64,000 nucleotides of DNA, taken from positions 544,001 to 608,000 of the forward strand of contig CAXXYE010000004.1 of the NCBI GenBank assembly GCA_963674865.2, in the 5' to 3' direction. Shown piece by piece: positions 1 through 10,125 of the stretch. The stretch comes from Candidatus Hydrogenedentota bacterium (lineage in GTDB: Bacteria; Hydrogenedentota; Hydrogenedentia; Hydrogenedentales; SLHB01). Made by a program: the position numbers and the translations under genes. Position 1 is the stretch's first letter. Each line of letters begins with the position of its first letter. The notes under the pieces are model-generated. The model saw only the letters and a list, made by a program, of their open reading frames with translations. It ran no database searches and was not told where the DNA came from.

Positions 1-287
1 ACACAGGACAAGTCGTTACCGTTTACGGCCGATTCGACCCGAAGAAGGACAAGGAATTCGTTATGCGGCTCCGCGGCGTCGGCGGCGACCAGAAAAAGGA
101 AGTCGTCTTCCGGGCCCCCCTCGGAAAGGCTGCAACAGGCGATAGTGACATCGCCCGGGAGTGGGCGTTTCGCAAGATCTACTACCTCATCGGGGAGATT
201 TGCCGCGTGGGGGAGACTCCGGAGCTCTTGGCTGAGCTAAGGCGGTTGAGCCGGGAGTACAACATCCGCACAAGCTACGACGACTGA
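1..287 (+). CDS. C-terminal end of a probable VIT/vWA-domain protein (5' end outside window)
   Basis: Frame is open from base 3 (TGQVVTVYGRF...). The WAFRKIYYL...ELRRLSREYNIRTSY tail resembles VIT-vWA protein C-termini. Confidence 0.55.
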   Translation, partial: TGQVVTVYGRFDPKKDKEFVMRLRGVGGDQKKEVVFRAPLGKAATGDSDIAREWAFRKIYYLIGEICRVGETPELLAELRRLSREYNIRTSYDD

Positions 288-536
288 TTCAGCCCCGCGC
301 CTTGCACTGAGGTCGCCGGTTGCCTGTGTTAACATCCCGCACTAGGGGCGCGGCCAGAAAGCCACCGAATGACTGAGAACGACTGTTCCGGGCGTTAAGA
401 CAAAAGGACTTACAAATGCTTTCTGGCCGCATCCCGCCAGGAACGGCACTTTCAGGCCGGACTTCTAGGTTTTCGCGGCCCGTATGGTTCATCGCGTACT
501 TACTGTGACTCACGTCCTTTCAGAGGAAGGAGGAAG

Positions 537-2234
537 ATGCACCAAGAAACACTCTCGGCGGGGACTTGGCTTAACCAACTCGAGCATCCTACCGGAACCG
601 TGCGCCGCGCCCTCGAAAACATCTACGGCACAGACGCCGCCATCTTGGAAGAGCGCCTGGCTCTGATGCGGCGTGTCATAGCACGCTTCATCGAGCGATT
701 CGGCGATCGCGACCTGCGCATCTTCCGCTCGCCCGGCCGCATTAACCTGCGCGGCATGCACGTCGACACCCATGGCGGCTACCTCAACCTCATGACACAT
801 CAGCGTGAAATCATCGCCGCCGTATCGCCTGAGCCCGATGACGCCGTCAACCTGGTAAATGTCAATCCACGCTTCGAGGAAGTATCATTTCATTTCAAGG
901 AAATGGCCGGCCGCCCTGCGTTTGCCGGAGAATGGCTCCGCTTCATCACGCACCCCGACGTTCAAGGAGCCGTCCTCGCTCAAAGAGGCCATTGGGGAAA
1001 CTATCTCCAGGGATGTGTCCTGAGCGCACAACACCGCTTTCCCGAACGCCGGTTCACCGGAATGTCAGGCGTCATCGGCGGCGACCTCACCCGCGGCGCG
1101 GCCTTGAGTTCGTCGACGGCCCTTTCGGTGGCCGTCTTCCTCGCCTCGGCGGGATGCAACGGCGTATCGATGGGCCCGGACGACCTCATCCTCGCCGTGA
1201 AGGACGCCGAGTGGTACACCGGCGCGCGCGGCGGTACGAGCGATCAGGCTGCTATGATCCTTGGCGGCGAGAGCGAAATGGTGAATGTCGCCCTGCTCGC
1301 GGAGAAACTCGATACGTCCGGCGCGCGGCGCGTCTCCCTGCCGCCCGAACTCCGCGTCCTGGTTATCAACTCACACACGGAACGCTCCTTGAGCGGCGCC
1401 CAAGTTGTTGACTACACGCGAAACCGCTTCGCCTATTCCCTCGCCATGGAGATCGCACGACAGGAACTCCGCGCCCAAGGCGCCCCGGCCCCGCTGGTTG
1501 AGAAGATCGACCGCCTACCGAGCCTATCGCCCTCGAAGCTCACCGAGATCGGCGGCGCGAAAGCCGTGTTCGGCCTGCTGCGGCGCATCCCCGGGGCCAT
1601 CGAGATCGATGCTCTTCGGAAACGCTACGACCTGCCCCAACTGGACCACGTGTATACACAGTACTTCGGCACCGTCCCCGAAGAAGCCCGGCCGACCTCC
1701 ATCGACCTACGCGGGCCGCTCCTGTTCGGGATCGCCGAGTCCGAACGCGCGCAGCTCTTCCCCGACGCGCTCGAAATGGAGGACTTCGTGCGCGCCGGAC
1801 GGCTGATGTCCACCGGCCACGACGGCGACCGCCGCATCAACGCCTCCGGCGAGCCGTATCGCTACGACATCAGCGACACCGCGCTCAGCCGGCTTGCGAC
1901 TGAAGGAATGGGCATTGAGTGGTGTCCAGGGATATACGGAGCAAGCAGCCCCGTGCTCGACGCCCTCGTCGACGCGGCCCTCGAAGCCGGGGCCCTCGGC
2001 GCCTCGCTCACCGGCGCGGGAATCGCAGGCACCGTGTTGGCCCTTTGCCTTGAGAAAAACGTCGAGATGGTGGCCGAGGCCATCCGGGCACGTATTGCCG
2101 CGCCGGATTACCCCCGCCTCGCCAACCGCGATGCTCCCCTATCCGACGATGAAATCGCCTGCGCGGCCACCATCAACCACGCCACCGCACACGCGGGCGA
2201 AATAGTCATCCCCGCAGCGGGCCGCGTCGAATAG
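537..2234 (+). CDS. GHMP-family sugar kinase (galactokinase-like)
   Basis: SPGRINLRGMHVD, GAALSSS, GGTSDQ and GALGASLTGAGIAG motifs; GGAGG RBS. Confidence 0.85.
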   Translation: MHQETLSAGTWLNQLEHPTGTVRRALENIYGTDAAILEERLALMRRVIARFIERFGDRDLRIFRSPGRINLRGMHVDTHGGYLNLMTHQREIIAAVSPEPDDAVNLVNVNPRFEEVSFHFKEMAGRPAFAGEWLRFITHPDVQGAVLAQRGHWGNYLQGCVLSAQHRFPERRFTGMSGVIGGDLTRGAALSSSTALSVAVFLASAGCNGVSMGPDDLILAVKDAEWYTGARGGTSDQAAMILGGESEMVNVALLAEKLDTSGARRVSLPPELRVLVINSHTERSLSGAQVVDYTRNRFAYSLAMEIARQELRAQGAPAPLVEKIDRLPSLSPSKLTEIGGAKAVFGLLRRIPGAIEIDALRKRYDLPQLDHVYTQYFGTVPEEARPTSIDLRGPLLFGIAESERAQLFPDALEMEDFVRAGRLMSTGHDGDRRINASGEPYRYDISDTALSRLATEGMGIEWCPGIYGASSPVLDALVDAALEAGALGASLTGAGIAGTVLALCLEKNVEMVAEAIRARIAAPDYPRLANRDAPLSDDEIACAATINHATAHAGEIVIPAAGRVE

Positions 2235-2293
2235 GAAAAACGGTTAGGGCGCGCGCCGCGATTGGTGCCCCAGCCACGAGGGAATGGCCCCGC

Positions 2294-3415
2294 CTACATT
2301 TCTCCTCGCAAGAGCGCCTTCTTGCGTTCCATGTAGTAGCAGAAGTTCGCCAGCGGCACATCCGGCGGCACTGTGTGATCCACCGTCGGGATGTAACCAC
2401 CCTCCTCGATAAGCGGCGCGAGGTGGCGGAGGTGCACGTCAATGGCTTGTTCGTCTTTGGCGAGTTCACGCTTGTCCACGCCGCCCCACAGCAAGAGGTC
2501 TCGGCCGTATTCGCGGCGCAGCAAAACAGGATCCACATTGCTCGCACGCTCCAGCGGCCAAATGCCGTCCACGCCGGCCTCCATGAAAAGCGGCATCAGC
2601 GGCCCGGGATTCCCGTCGGTATCCAGCATGATGTGTTTCACGCCCTTGCCGTGCATAAACTCCGTGACGCGCTTCAGATTCGGAAAGATGAACTGCTTGT
2701 ACAAGTCAGGCCCCAGCAAGGGGCCCGTCTTCATCGACAGATCCTCATTGATCGCCGCATAATCAGGCGCTATTTCGTCCAGGATGGGCCCGCATACCGC
2801 GATGGTGAAGTCGGCGATGAACTCCATCATCTCCGCCATCAACTCCGGCTGCATGTACCAGGCGCAAGACAGGTTCTCCGTGCCCATCCACTCCCGCGCC
2901 AGCCAGTAGAAACCCTTGATGCCGCAGTTTCGGCTCAACGCCAGCACGTGCTCCCGATCGCGCCATCCCGTGAGCAGCGCCGTCTGCCAATCCGCGGGCC
3001 AGCGCTCAGGCAGCGACGGATCATAGCGCTTCTTCAAAGCGCGGAAATCCTCGATGTTCTCAACCGGAAAGCGCAGGTACTGATCCATCGACATCCGGCC
3101 GCCCCGCACAGTGCCTTCGATGAGCGCCTTTGTCACCACCCCGCTGGCATGGCGAATTACCTCGTAGCGCTCCGTCTTCTCGAGCACCTCCGTTTCGAAG
3201 GGAGGCATCATGCCCAGGTTGATGCCGATGTACTCCCGCGGATCCATCTCGAAGTACTCTTCTCCGCGAAACCAATCCCAGTGCAGCTTGGACGCGTCGA
3301 GCCCTTCGCTTTCCCAGCGCTCGATAGTCTGCGGCCACACGCCCAGCTCATGATTAGGCACGCGATCCTTCGCACCGTAGGCCATCACCGATAGAAAACG
3401 CTCGCGAGATGTCAT
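2294..3415 (-). CDS. Uroporphyrinogen decarboxylase (UroD/MtaA-like) family protein
   Basis: MTSRERF...DRVP start, EDLSMKTGPLLGP, GGVDK, GGYIPTVDH. Start moved to ATG 3415, which has a GGAGG RBS. Confidence 0.85.
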   Translation of the reverse strand: MTSRERFLSVMAYGAKDRVPNHELGVWPQTIERWESEGLDASKLHWDWFRGEEYFEMDPREYIGINLGMMPPFETEVLEKTERYEVIRHASGVVTKALIEGTVRGGRMSMDQYLRFPVENIEDFRALKKRYDPSLPERWPADWQTALLTGWRDREHVLALSRNCGIKGFYWLAREWMGTENLSCAWYMQPELMAEMMEFIADFTIAVCGPILDEIAPDYAAINEDLSMKTGPLLGPDLYKQFIFPNLKRVTEFMHGKGVKHIMLDTDGNPGPLMPLFMEAGVDGIWPLERASNVDPVLLRREYGRDLLLWGGVDKRELAKDEQAIDVHLRHLAPLIEEGGYIPTVDHTVPPDVPLANFCYYMERKKALLRGEM

Positions 3416-3609
3416 CTGAAGTCCTCCGCAACGGAAATCCCAAGAGCGGCATCGAGTCACGAGCATTGCGGGGAGAGGGGGAGATTGTCAAGAAGACACG
3501 GCGCACAAGAGGCTCGTTGACAAAGCATAAGGCTTTATCTCTACAATGGCTCATGATCGCCGCAGGCGTTCGGGGATTATCGCACGGCGAAACAACAGAG
3601 GAAGAAGAA

Positions 3610-4704
3610 ATGCTCGTATACGTTTTCTTGGCGCTGCTCTTGGTGGCGATCCCAACTTCGGCGCTCGCGCAGACATACCGGGCAGAGGTTATTGAAACAA
3701 AGATCATCTGCGAAGAGCAGGGGCGGTATATCGGCTGGCCTTCGGTGTGCCGGACACGGAAGGGGAGACTCTTGGTGGCGTTCTCCGGCGACCGCGACCA
3801 GCACGTGTGCCCGTGGGGCAAGAGCCAAATCGTGATCAGCGATGATGACGGCAAGACCTGGACGCCCCCCATAACCATCAACAACACGCCTCTGGATGAT
3901 CGCGACACCGGCCTGGTGGAGACGGCACAAGGTACGCTAGTGCTGACTTGGTTCACCTCAGTCGCTTTCGACGGGAAGTCCGAATATGCCCGCCACTCGG
4001 AGAAGATGACACCGGAACTGCGCCGCCAGTGGCTTGGTTACTGGACACGCCGCTCGAGGGACGGCGGCGTTACGTGGGAAAAACCGGTGCGTATGGCCGG
4101 CACCGCCCCCCACGGCAGCATCCTGCTGCGGGACGGCCGCCTCATGCAGATGGGGAAAGTGGGTGGCGGTGAGATGGCATTGGTAGCGGAGACCTCAATC
4201 GACGACGGGCAGTCGTGGCAAGTCATAGGTACGGTGTCGATTCCGCCCGAGGAGCAGTACAAGCATTACCACGAGCCGCACGTGGCTGAGCGGCAGGACG
4301 GAACTCTCATAGCGCTGTTCCGCTACCAGCCTGAGGATCACGACCAGCACATCATGAGGCAATCCGAAAGCACCGACGGCGGACGCACATGGACACGCAC
4401 CCATCCCACCGGCATCTGGGGATATCCCCCGCATCTGCTGATATTGGCGGACGGGCGCATGGTGGTAACTTACGGCCGGCGCAAGGCCCCCTGTAGCGAG
4501 CGGGCCTGCATCAGCACCGACGGCGGCGCCACCTGGGACGCGGACAACGAAATCACCCTCTGCGATGCCGTCAACGGGGACCTCGGCTACCCTTCTTCGG
4601 TGCAGCTAGGCGACGGATCGATCCTCACCGTCTATTACCAGGACCCCGGCCCCGACAAGGACACGTGCCTCTGGGCGACACACTGGCGGCTCGTTAACGA
4701 ATAG
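3610..4704 (+). CDS. Secreted BNR/Asp-box beta-propeller (sialidase-like) protein
   Basis: Signal peptide MLVYVFLALLLVAIP; Asp-boxes SDDDGKTW, SRDGGVTW, SIDDGQSW, STDGGRTW, STDGGATW; DLGYP. Confidence 0.85.
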   Translation: MLVYVFLALLLVAIPTSALAQTYRAEVIETKIICEEQGRYIGWPSVCRTRKGRLLVAFSGDRDQHVCPWGKSQIVISDDDGKTWTPPITINNTPLDDRDTGLVETAQGTLVLTWFTSVAFDGKSEYARHSEKMTPELRRQWLGYWTRRSRDGGVTWEKPVRMAGTAPHGSILLRDGRLMQMGKVGGGEMALVAETSIDDGQSWQVIGTVSIPPEEQYKHYHEPHVAERQDGTLIALFRYQPEDHDQHIMRQSESTDGGRTWTRTHPTGIWGYPPHLLILADGRMVVTYGRRKAPCSERACISTDGGATWDADNEITLCDAVNGDLGYPSSVQLGDGSILTVYYQDPGPDKDTCLWATHWRLVNE

Positions 4705-4723
4705 GCTGAAGCCGGTCACCCGG

Positions 4724-5743
4724 CTATATCCCGGCGCCGCCTCGGAGAGAATCGGCGAGAGCGGCCGCCTTCTCCACGGCCAGGGCGTCCTTCGACTTGG
4801 CCTCTCGGAGCAAGGCGGTCTTCTGCTCGACATCCATCTCCTTATCGCTCGCTTGCCCCAGAATATCCGCGAGGTCCGCATACAACGCCGAAAGGTCACC
4901 GGCGGCGTCTGATACCTGCGCAAATTCCTGCCCGATCTCGCCGAAGTACTGTGAAGCCATCCGCCGGCACTCCGACCACACCATGCCGTTCCACCAGTTC
5001 CCATGGCTCGCTCCATACTCCTCCACGGCACCGATCCAGTTGTCATAGGCGTCCGCCCCAATCCCGTACTTCGGGAGGATATAGGGCGAAGGATTGCGGT
5101 GGAGATCCACCGCATAATCGAGGCTCTCAAGGATGGCGACCTTCCTCTCCGCCGGCGCTATCTTCTCGTAGATGAAGAAGTTCACGTGTACCTTATCGCC
5201 AAACTCCTGCCAGGTCCCGAAAGTCAGCTTCGCCGGGGGGAAGGCAGGCACGGCCGGCCACGGCTGCGCGGTAATGAAGCCCTCGGCGTCATAGCCTGTA
5301 ATGAGTTGATTCTCGAGATTCATCAGCGCGCACGGCAAACCTGCGTCAAGCGCCTCCCTGAGGCGTTTTTCGACCGCCGACCGAGCGTCCGCGTCGCTCT
5401 CCGGGGAGAAGAAACCGAGGTCGGTAACCGCTACGCCCAAGTTCTCGACCAAGCGCTCATAACCGGTGCGCTTCCAGCAATACGGGCCGCTCGGACACAA
5501 TTGCTCATGTATATTGATCAGGAAAGCGTGTCCGGACGCGCCAAAGATCGTGGCATCGCTCACGTCGAAGCCATAGTAGTCCAGCGTCCCTTTGAGCACC
5601 CCCATCAGCGTCGTGTTGAAGGGAGGCATGGCCAAGTGTTCCACGTTCATCCCGTGCCCCTTTCTCGTAGTCGCACACCCCATCCCCAAACCGGCCAAAC
5701 CGGACGACTGCGCCACAACCCTCAAAAACTCCCGCCGCTTCAT
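4724..5743 (-). CDS. Tat-exported (lipo)protein of unknown function, possibly BtrH-N-like fold
   Basis: MKRREFL twin-arginine motif and GMGC lipobox-like site; fold guess is weak. Confidence 0.65.
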   Translation of the reverse strand: MKRREFLRVVAQSSGLAGLGMGCATTRKGHGMNVEHLAMPPFNTTLMGVLKGTLDYYGFDVSDATIFGASGHAFLINIHEQLCPSGPYCWKRTGYERLVENLGVAVTDLGFFSPESDADARSAVEKRLREALDAGLPCALMNLENQLITGYDAEGFITAQPWPAVPAFPPAKLTFGTWQEFGDKVHVNFFIYEKIAPAERKVAILESLDYAVDLHRNPSPYILPKYGIGADAYDNWIGAVEEYGASHGNWWNGMVWSECRRMASQYFGEIGQEFAQVSDAAGDLSALYADLADILGQASDKEMDVEQKTALLREAKSKDALAVEKAAALADSLRGGAGI

Positions 5744-5922
5744 AGGCCCCCTCGCCGCGGCATGCACTTCAACGCCCCCTCAAAGCGCTTGTCGTATACC
5801 TTCATTGGCCTAGCAGAACGCTCCGCCGCTACCGAACGTGAAGTTATTGAGTCGCCGTTGTCGCGCAGTATACTCCCTCTCGACAACACGGTGATCGCTC
5901 TCGCCACAGCCCATACTTGCGT

Positions 5923-6498
5923 TCACCTGAACAACAGCAGTACAGCCAGAAACAAGAGATATGCGAGCACAATCGCGCCAATCCGCCATTTCTGTAGTCT
6001 ATCGATCATGAATCGTTGCGACGCGGTCTCCTGGGCCATAGCTATGATGAACGTATCCACGGGCAAGCACTTGATCACTGGTGTTCCAGCCACGTCTCGT
6101 GGCGACCACAGACGGAAGACAACATTGCCACGGCGACGGATTGGGACGCTTATGTCATCCCAAATGCTTAAGGTTCCGGCAGCCATATTGAGTCCAATCA
6201 TCAGTTTGCGCCCGACATCCTCTGAACCCTTCTGCCAATCGGACAACCCAGGTTCGCAGCCCAATTCCTCGAGCGCCTCGCGGATAGCTCGCACCTCTTG
6301 ATCGAACTCTTCCTCAAGAACCGGATAGGCACTCCTTACGCCGTGGTCCGATACTAGTCGGTCCCCGAACCCGGGCTGCGTCGGCCAGAAGCTCCATCGG
6401 AGAGATGTAGGCGTTTCAGAAATCCGGCCCGCAGCATCCCCCAGTTTCGACCGCACTCTCTGAATCACTGCCCCATAGGTTACATTGCTTTTTGACAT
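5923..6498 (-). CDS. Hypothetical protein with C-terminal transmembrane anchor
   Basis: 191-aa ORF 24 bp downstream of the DUF5677-like gene; ends IGAIVLAYLLFLAVLLLFR; visibly less GC-biased codon usage. Confidence 0.6.
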   Translation of the reverse strand: MSKSNVTYGAVIQRVRSKLGDAAGRISETPTSLRWSFWPTQPGFGDRLVSDHGVRSAYPVLEEEFDQEVRAIREALEELGCEPGLSDWQKGSEDVGRKLMIGLNMAAGTLSIWDDISVPIRRRGNVVFRLWSPRDVAGTPVIKCLPVDTFIIAMAQETASQRFMIDRLQKWRIGAIVLAYLLFLAVLLLFR

Positions 6499-6522
6499 TG
6501 GTGCATACTCATCAAATAAGTT

Positions 6523-7470
6523 TCAGCCTCTTGAAGTGTTGCCGTCGCTGCCGGCAATTTGGTCTCGGAAAACTCTCTGATAGGACGCCTTAAGTCCTAG
6601 CAGGGGCCCCTCACACTCGGCGCCAAGACATCCATGGACTATCTCTGTTGCATTGACGATGCACCTGCAAAAAGTCGCGACATATGGGAGAAGGCGCTCA
6701 GGCCTCATTGTCGCATACAGCTCAATCTCGAAATCCGATTCGTCTGATGAAATGTCTATGTGGCGTGATACCAAAGCACGGATGTTGTTGTGCGAGTCGC
6801 AGCAGAGAGAATTGTAGACAGAACGGTACAGTTGCTCCAAACCTGCTTGCTCGAACTTCTCCTTCTGTTGAAGAGGTCGAAAGTCCTTCTCTTTGAGTTC
6901 CGCTAACTCGGATTCCCATTGCGAGAGTATGGCATCCCGACCGGGAGCATCCGAAAGGCCTTTGAGGTACGGATTCTCAGGGTCATCCGCCGCACGATGT
7001 ACTCTGATCCATTCCTGTAACTCAGCAGCGCGCATATGATAGCCATATTCCCGTTGTTTGCTGAGATTGCTGAAATCTGCATACGCTTCAAGGCTTGATC
7101 GGAGAAGGATAGGAACGCCTACGTGAACACCGGCACGAATCAGGATGCAGGCAGAGCCCAACAACTCCAGCATCGTGGAGTACAACATTACCAAAGCTCG
7201 GTGCCACGCGTGCCCCTTGTCAAAGTGCAGAGCCTCGGCCATGTCAGCCACAACCTCATGAACGTAGCACATGAACTCGTAGGCACCTCGCAGGGATTCG
7301 TCCACTTGCCCGCCAGGAATACCCCCTTCGGGAAGGGCGGCGGCATGCCGTTGCATCGGACATGCGGAGATCAACTCCCCTAGTATCTCTTCGTAGGAGG
7401 CGTCTTCCGACTGAGCCTCAACGACGCGTACCATCCGTTCCTTCGTGCCTTCGTTCATTCCCGCATCCAT
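6523..7470 (-). CDS. DUF5677-like (HEPN-type helical) protein with an N-terminal antitoxin-like segment
   Basis: ILLRSSLEAY and YRSVYNSLCCDSHNN patterns recalled for DUF5677; alternative start ATG 7458. Confidence 0.65.
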   Translation of the reverse strand: MDAGMNEGTKERMVRVVEAQSEDASYEEILGELISACPMQRHAAALPEGGIPGGQVDESLRGAYEFMCYVHEVVADMAEALHFDKGHAWHRALVMLYSTMLELLGSACILIRAGVHVGVPILLRSSLEAYADFSNLSKQREYGYHMRAAELQEWIRVHRAADDPENPYLKGLSDAPGRDAILSQWESELAELKEKDFRPLQQKEKFEQAGLEQLYRSVYNSLCCDSHNNIRALVSRHIDISSDESDFEIELYATMRPERLLPYVATFCRCIVNATEIVHGCLGAECEGPLLGLKASYQRVFRDQIAGSDGNTSRG

Positions 7471-7548
7471 TTTCCAAGCTCACACTTCCGTCGCCGTACC
7501 GGTTCCATATATCACGCTGGCTCCAGCCTGTCAACTACTCTTTGCCGC

Positions 7549-8316
7549 CTATCCTGCGCCCTTCTCAAAGAACTCCACCACCCTTTCCCGCACCTCTTCG
7601 ATAGTCCACAAGCCGTCGGCCTGGCCCCGTTCCAGGAACGCACGGCAACGCGTGAGACTTGCGTCGTCCACGCCGTCGTCGGGCGACTTGCGCAGGCCAT
7701 GCCTCGCATCGTAGACGCACGCATGCGCCGATGCACCGTCGGAAGCGTACACCTCATCGATGCGCCGCCGCCTTCGTGCGAATCCGCCGCCCACGCGCAG
7801 GAATACCAAGAGGTGAAAGGCATTGAAATGCGCCTCGGACACGCCGTTCTCGACGCATACTTGCTCCCGGGCCTCATCGAGGTCATCCGCGTGTAGGTTT
7901 GTCGCCAACATGTGCCCCTGTTGCCTCAACGAGCAGTAGGCGCGCAAGTCCTCGCCCCAGAGGTACGAGAAATACCGCCCCGCCCCGATCTCGTGGCAGA
8001 CGAAGCAGCGTGGGGGAGACTCGGCGGCCCTGGCGGCCGCGCTCACCACCGGCCCCGTGGCCGCCACCAGCGGCCGCTGCGGCGGAGCGAGGTTGAGTAG
8101 CGCACACATCACCGTGGTTTTGCCGGCGCCGCCCGGATTCGCGCCCACCATCAGTGAATCCCCCCGTGTGATCCGCGCCATAAGGTATGCGGCGAGATCG
8201 ATGTCAAGCGTTCCCGCATCGAGCAGATCGAACACCGACAACATGCGCCCGCCGCGCTGATTGCAGCGGTTCAATTCGGCGCAATGCCGCCTGATAGCCT
8301 CCTTGTGCATCGTCAC
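7549..8316 (-). CDS. CpaF/TadA/VirB11-like P-loop ATPase (ATPase domain only)
   Basis: LLDAGTL, GANPGGAGKTT Walker A, VCHEIG Walker B, ATNLHA His-box; AGGAG RBS. Confidence 0.75.
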   Translation of the reverse strand: MTMHKEAIRRHCAELNRCNQRGGRMLSVFDLLDAGTLDIDLAAYLMARITRGDSLMVGANPGGAGKTTVMCALLNLAPPQRPLVAATGPVVSAAARAAESPPRCFVCHEIGAGRYFSYLWGEDLRAYCSLRQQGHMLATNLHADDLDEAREQVCVENGVSEAHFNAFHLLVFLRVGGGFARRRRRIDEVYASDGASAHACVYDARHGLRKSPDDGVDDASLTRCRAFLERGQADGLWTIEEVRERVVEFFEKGAG

Positions 8317-8335
8317 TCCTACTTGCGCCTACGAA

Positions 8336-8362
8336 TGGGAGGGTCACGCTCCTGCGTGACCG
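8336..8362. repeat. GGAGGG-type REP hairpin (related copies 20325-20377, 49508-49558)
   Basis: TGGGAGGGTCACGCTCCTGCGTGACCG, compared with TGGGAGGGTCGAGCTCCCGCTCGACCG and GGGAGGGGCACGTTTCTGCGTGCCCG. Confidence 0.6.
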
Positions 8363-8407
8363 TGTACACGCGCGGGATCACGCTGCTACGTGCTCCCCCT
8401 TCCCTCG

Positions 8408-9814
8408 CTATTCCGTGAAGACCTCACGCAAGACCTCGACCGCGTTGTCGACAACCATATCCAGCGCCTCGGGAACCAGTTTCGACCAGTAGCGCGTAGT
8501 CGCTTCATGACCGCCGCGCGCGAAGGCTTCGCGCGTGGGAAGATAACCGGCATAGTGGCTTGTGCAATGGGCCACATACGTCGGCCACGCGGGCGACTCC
8601 ATCTTGAGCCGGAGTTGCCCTTCCACAAACGGCTCGCCCGGCAATCCCACAATCGCCGCCCGGCCCAGCCGCAACACCTGAATCTCGTAATCCAGCTCCG
8701 GTGTCCTCCGCCGCAGCAAGTCCACGCTCATCACCGAAGCCGCCTCCATCCACGCGGGCTCGATCTGCGTGGGATCTTTCTTCGACCAGAATGGCTCTGG
8801 ATGCTCCGACAACATCTGCTTCGCGCGCTCGAGTAATTCCGGCTCCACCTCACGGACGGGGACCTTTACGCACCGTATTTTCCAGTCCAAACGAGTATCC
8901 TCTTCGACGGAAAGCGTATCGAGGACTTTGCGCGACGTCGCGGCAAGCATCCGCCCCATGCGCACGTGATCCGGCGCGTAATCCGGATCGAATGGATCCC
9001 ACGGATTGATATTGCCGCAGCACCCATTCACCACCAGCGGAACGCACCCCTCGCCAAACGCGTGCCGCATCTCCTCCGCCCAAGCGCCCGGCCAATCGGC
9101 CGACACATTCGGCTTCGGAAACACGTTGACGGGATGGCACGTGTAGTGCAAGAGGAACGCCAGCGGCTCGAGCGCGGCCGTTTGCAAGCTGATCACGCCG
9201 ACTTCCGGATCAATGGGCCCCTCCATGTAACGTATACCGGTTGGCCCAAGCGGCGGCTGCCATTTTGGGCCGGGCATATACACCTTCCCGTCGTTCTTGA
9301 CGGCGCGCCGGTTACACGCCAGACGCCCCTCAACGCCGCTGCCCATCCGTATTCGGGCAGGCGCCAGCGACGCCTCGGCAAGCTCCATGGCCTCGAGGAT
9401 CCGGTTCAAGGCGAACTCGCCGTACTCGGCCTGGCTGCCGAGGAGCCATTCCATGTCCTCGGGAATACCGGTGAAGTCCTCGTCCACCATGAAATAGCCC
9501 AGCGAAGGAGCGGAATGCGTCTGCGTGACGTGTACCATCACCGCGTCCGGCTCAAATCCGAACCGCGCCGACGCCGCCTCGCGAATCCGGGCAGTCCATT
9601 CCTCCGTGAGGATCGTCAAATCGAGCGCCACCAGACAAAACTTGCGCCCGTCCTGCTCCAACACCAGCGCCTTGGCATAGAGCCGATCGTAGGCAAACTG
9701 CGCCGGGCGGAATTGCCCAACCGCGCCCGAAAGATGAATGCCTCCGTGCGGCGTGATATCCGCTTGCGCCGCCCCAGCCCTCAGCACACCAATCGCCTCA
9801 GCACGTGATCCCAT
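8408..9814 (-). CDS. Neutral/alkaline ceramidase-like amidohydrolase family protein
   Basis: AGAAQADITP, TQTHSAP, GPIDPEV, YTCHP, SADWPG, GCCGNINP, LPGEPF motifs; AAGGAG RBS before ATG 9814. Confidence 0.8.
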   Translation of the reverse strand: MGSRAEAIGVLRAGAAQADITPHGGIHLSGAVGQFRPAQFAYDRLYAKALVLEQDGRKFCLVALDLTILTEEWTARIREAASARFGFEPDAVMVHVTQTHSAPSLGYFMVDEDFTGIPEDMEWLLGSQAEYGEFALNRILEAMELAEASLAPARIRMGSGVEGRLACNRRAVKNDGKVYMPGPKWQPPLGPTGIRYMEGPIDPEVGVISLQTAALEPLAFLLHYTCHPVNVFPKPNVSADWPGAWAEEMRHAFGEGCVPLVVNGCCGNINPWDPFDPDYAPDHVRMGRMLAATSRKVLDTLSVEEDTRLDWKIRCVKVPVREVEPELLERAKQMLSEHPEPFWSKKDPTQIEPAWMEAASVMSVDLLRRRTPELDYEIQVLRLGRAAIVGLPGEPFVEGQLRLKMESPAWPTYVAHCTSHYAGYLPTREAFARGGHEATTRYWSKLVPEALDMVVDNAVEVLREVFTE

Positions 9815-9896
9815 AGCCGATTCTCCTTGATTGACTCTAGATGGGGAATTGTAAACGATCGCCTTTGCGAATAGACAGGCCCCGGCCCCAGTGCGA

Positions 9897-10015
9897 CTAG
9901 CCTTCTGACTCATAATTGACGTCACTTATCCACAGAGGTAGAAGCGAAAGACGGGGACTGACACAAGCGAAGTCCGCCGTAGGCGGACGAAGACGTGTCT
10001 GTCCCTGCTTTTCGC
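9897..10015. repeat. Left end of the CTAG-bounded MITE followed by a REP-A palindrome (truncated copy of 20458-20641)
   Basis: CTAGCCTTCTGACTCATAATTGACGTCACTTATC, then GGGGACTGACACAAGCGAAGTCCGCCGTAGGCGGACGAAGACGTGTCTGTCCC. Confidence 0.8.
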
Positions 10016-10125
10016 AACCTCAAAGGTCCACACTTGCACCGCGCGGCCTCGTGTGTTCTTATGGGGACACGCCCAGACCCTGGGCGCTACACTGAAGACT
10101 CTCGGCCATTCGCAGGAGAACCTAC

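Noticed and set aside
3517..3547. TTGACA...TACAAT promoter before the BNR gene
   Set aside because: The spacer is 19 bp, too long to call with confidence.
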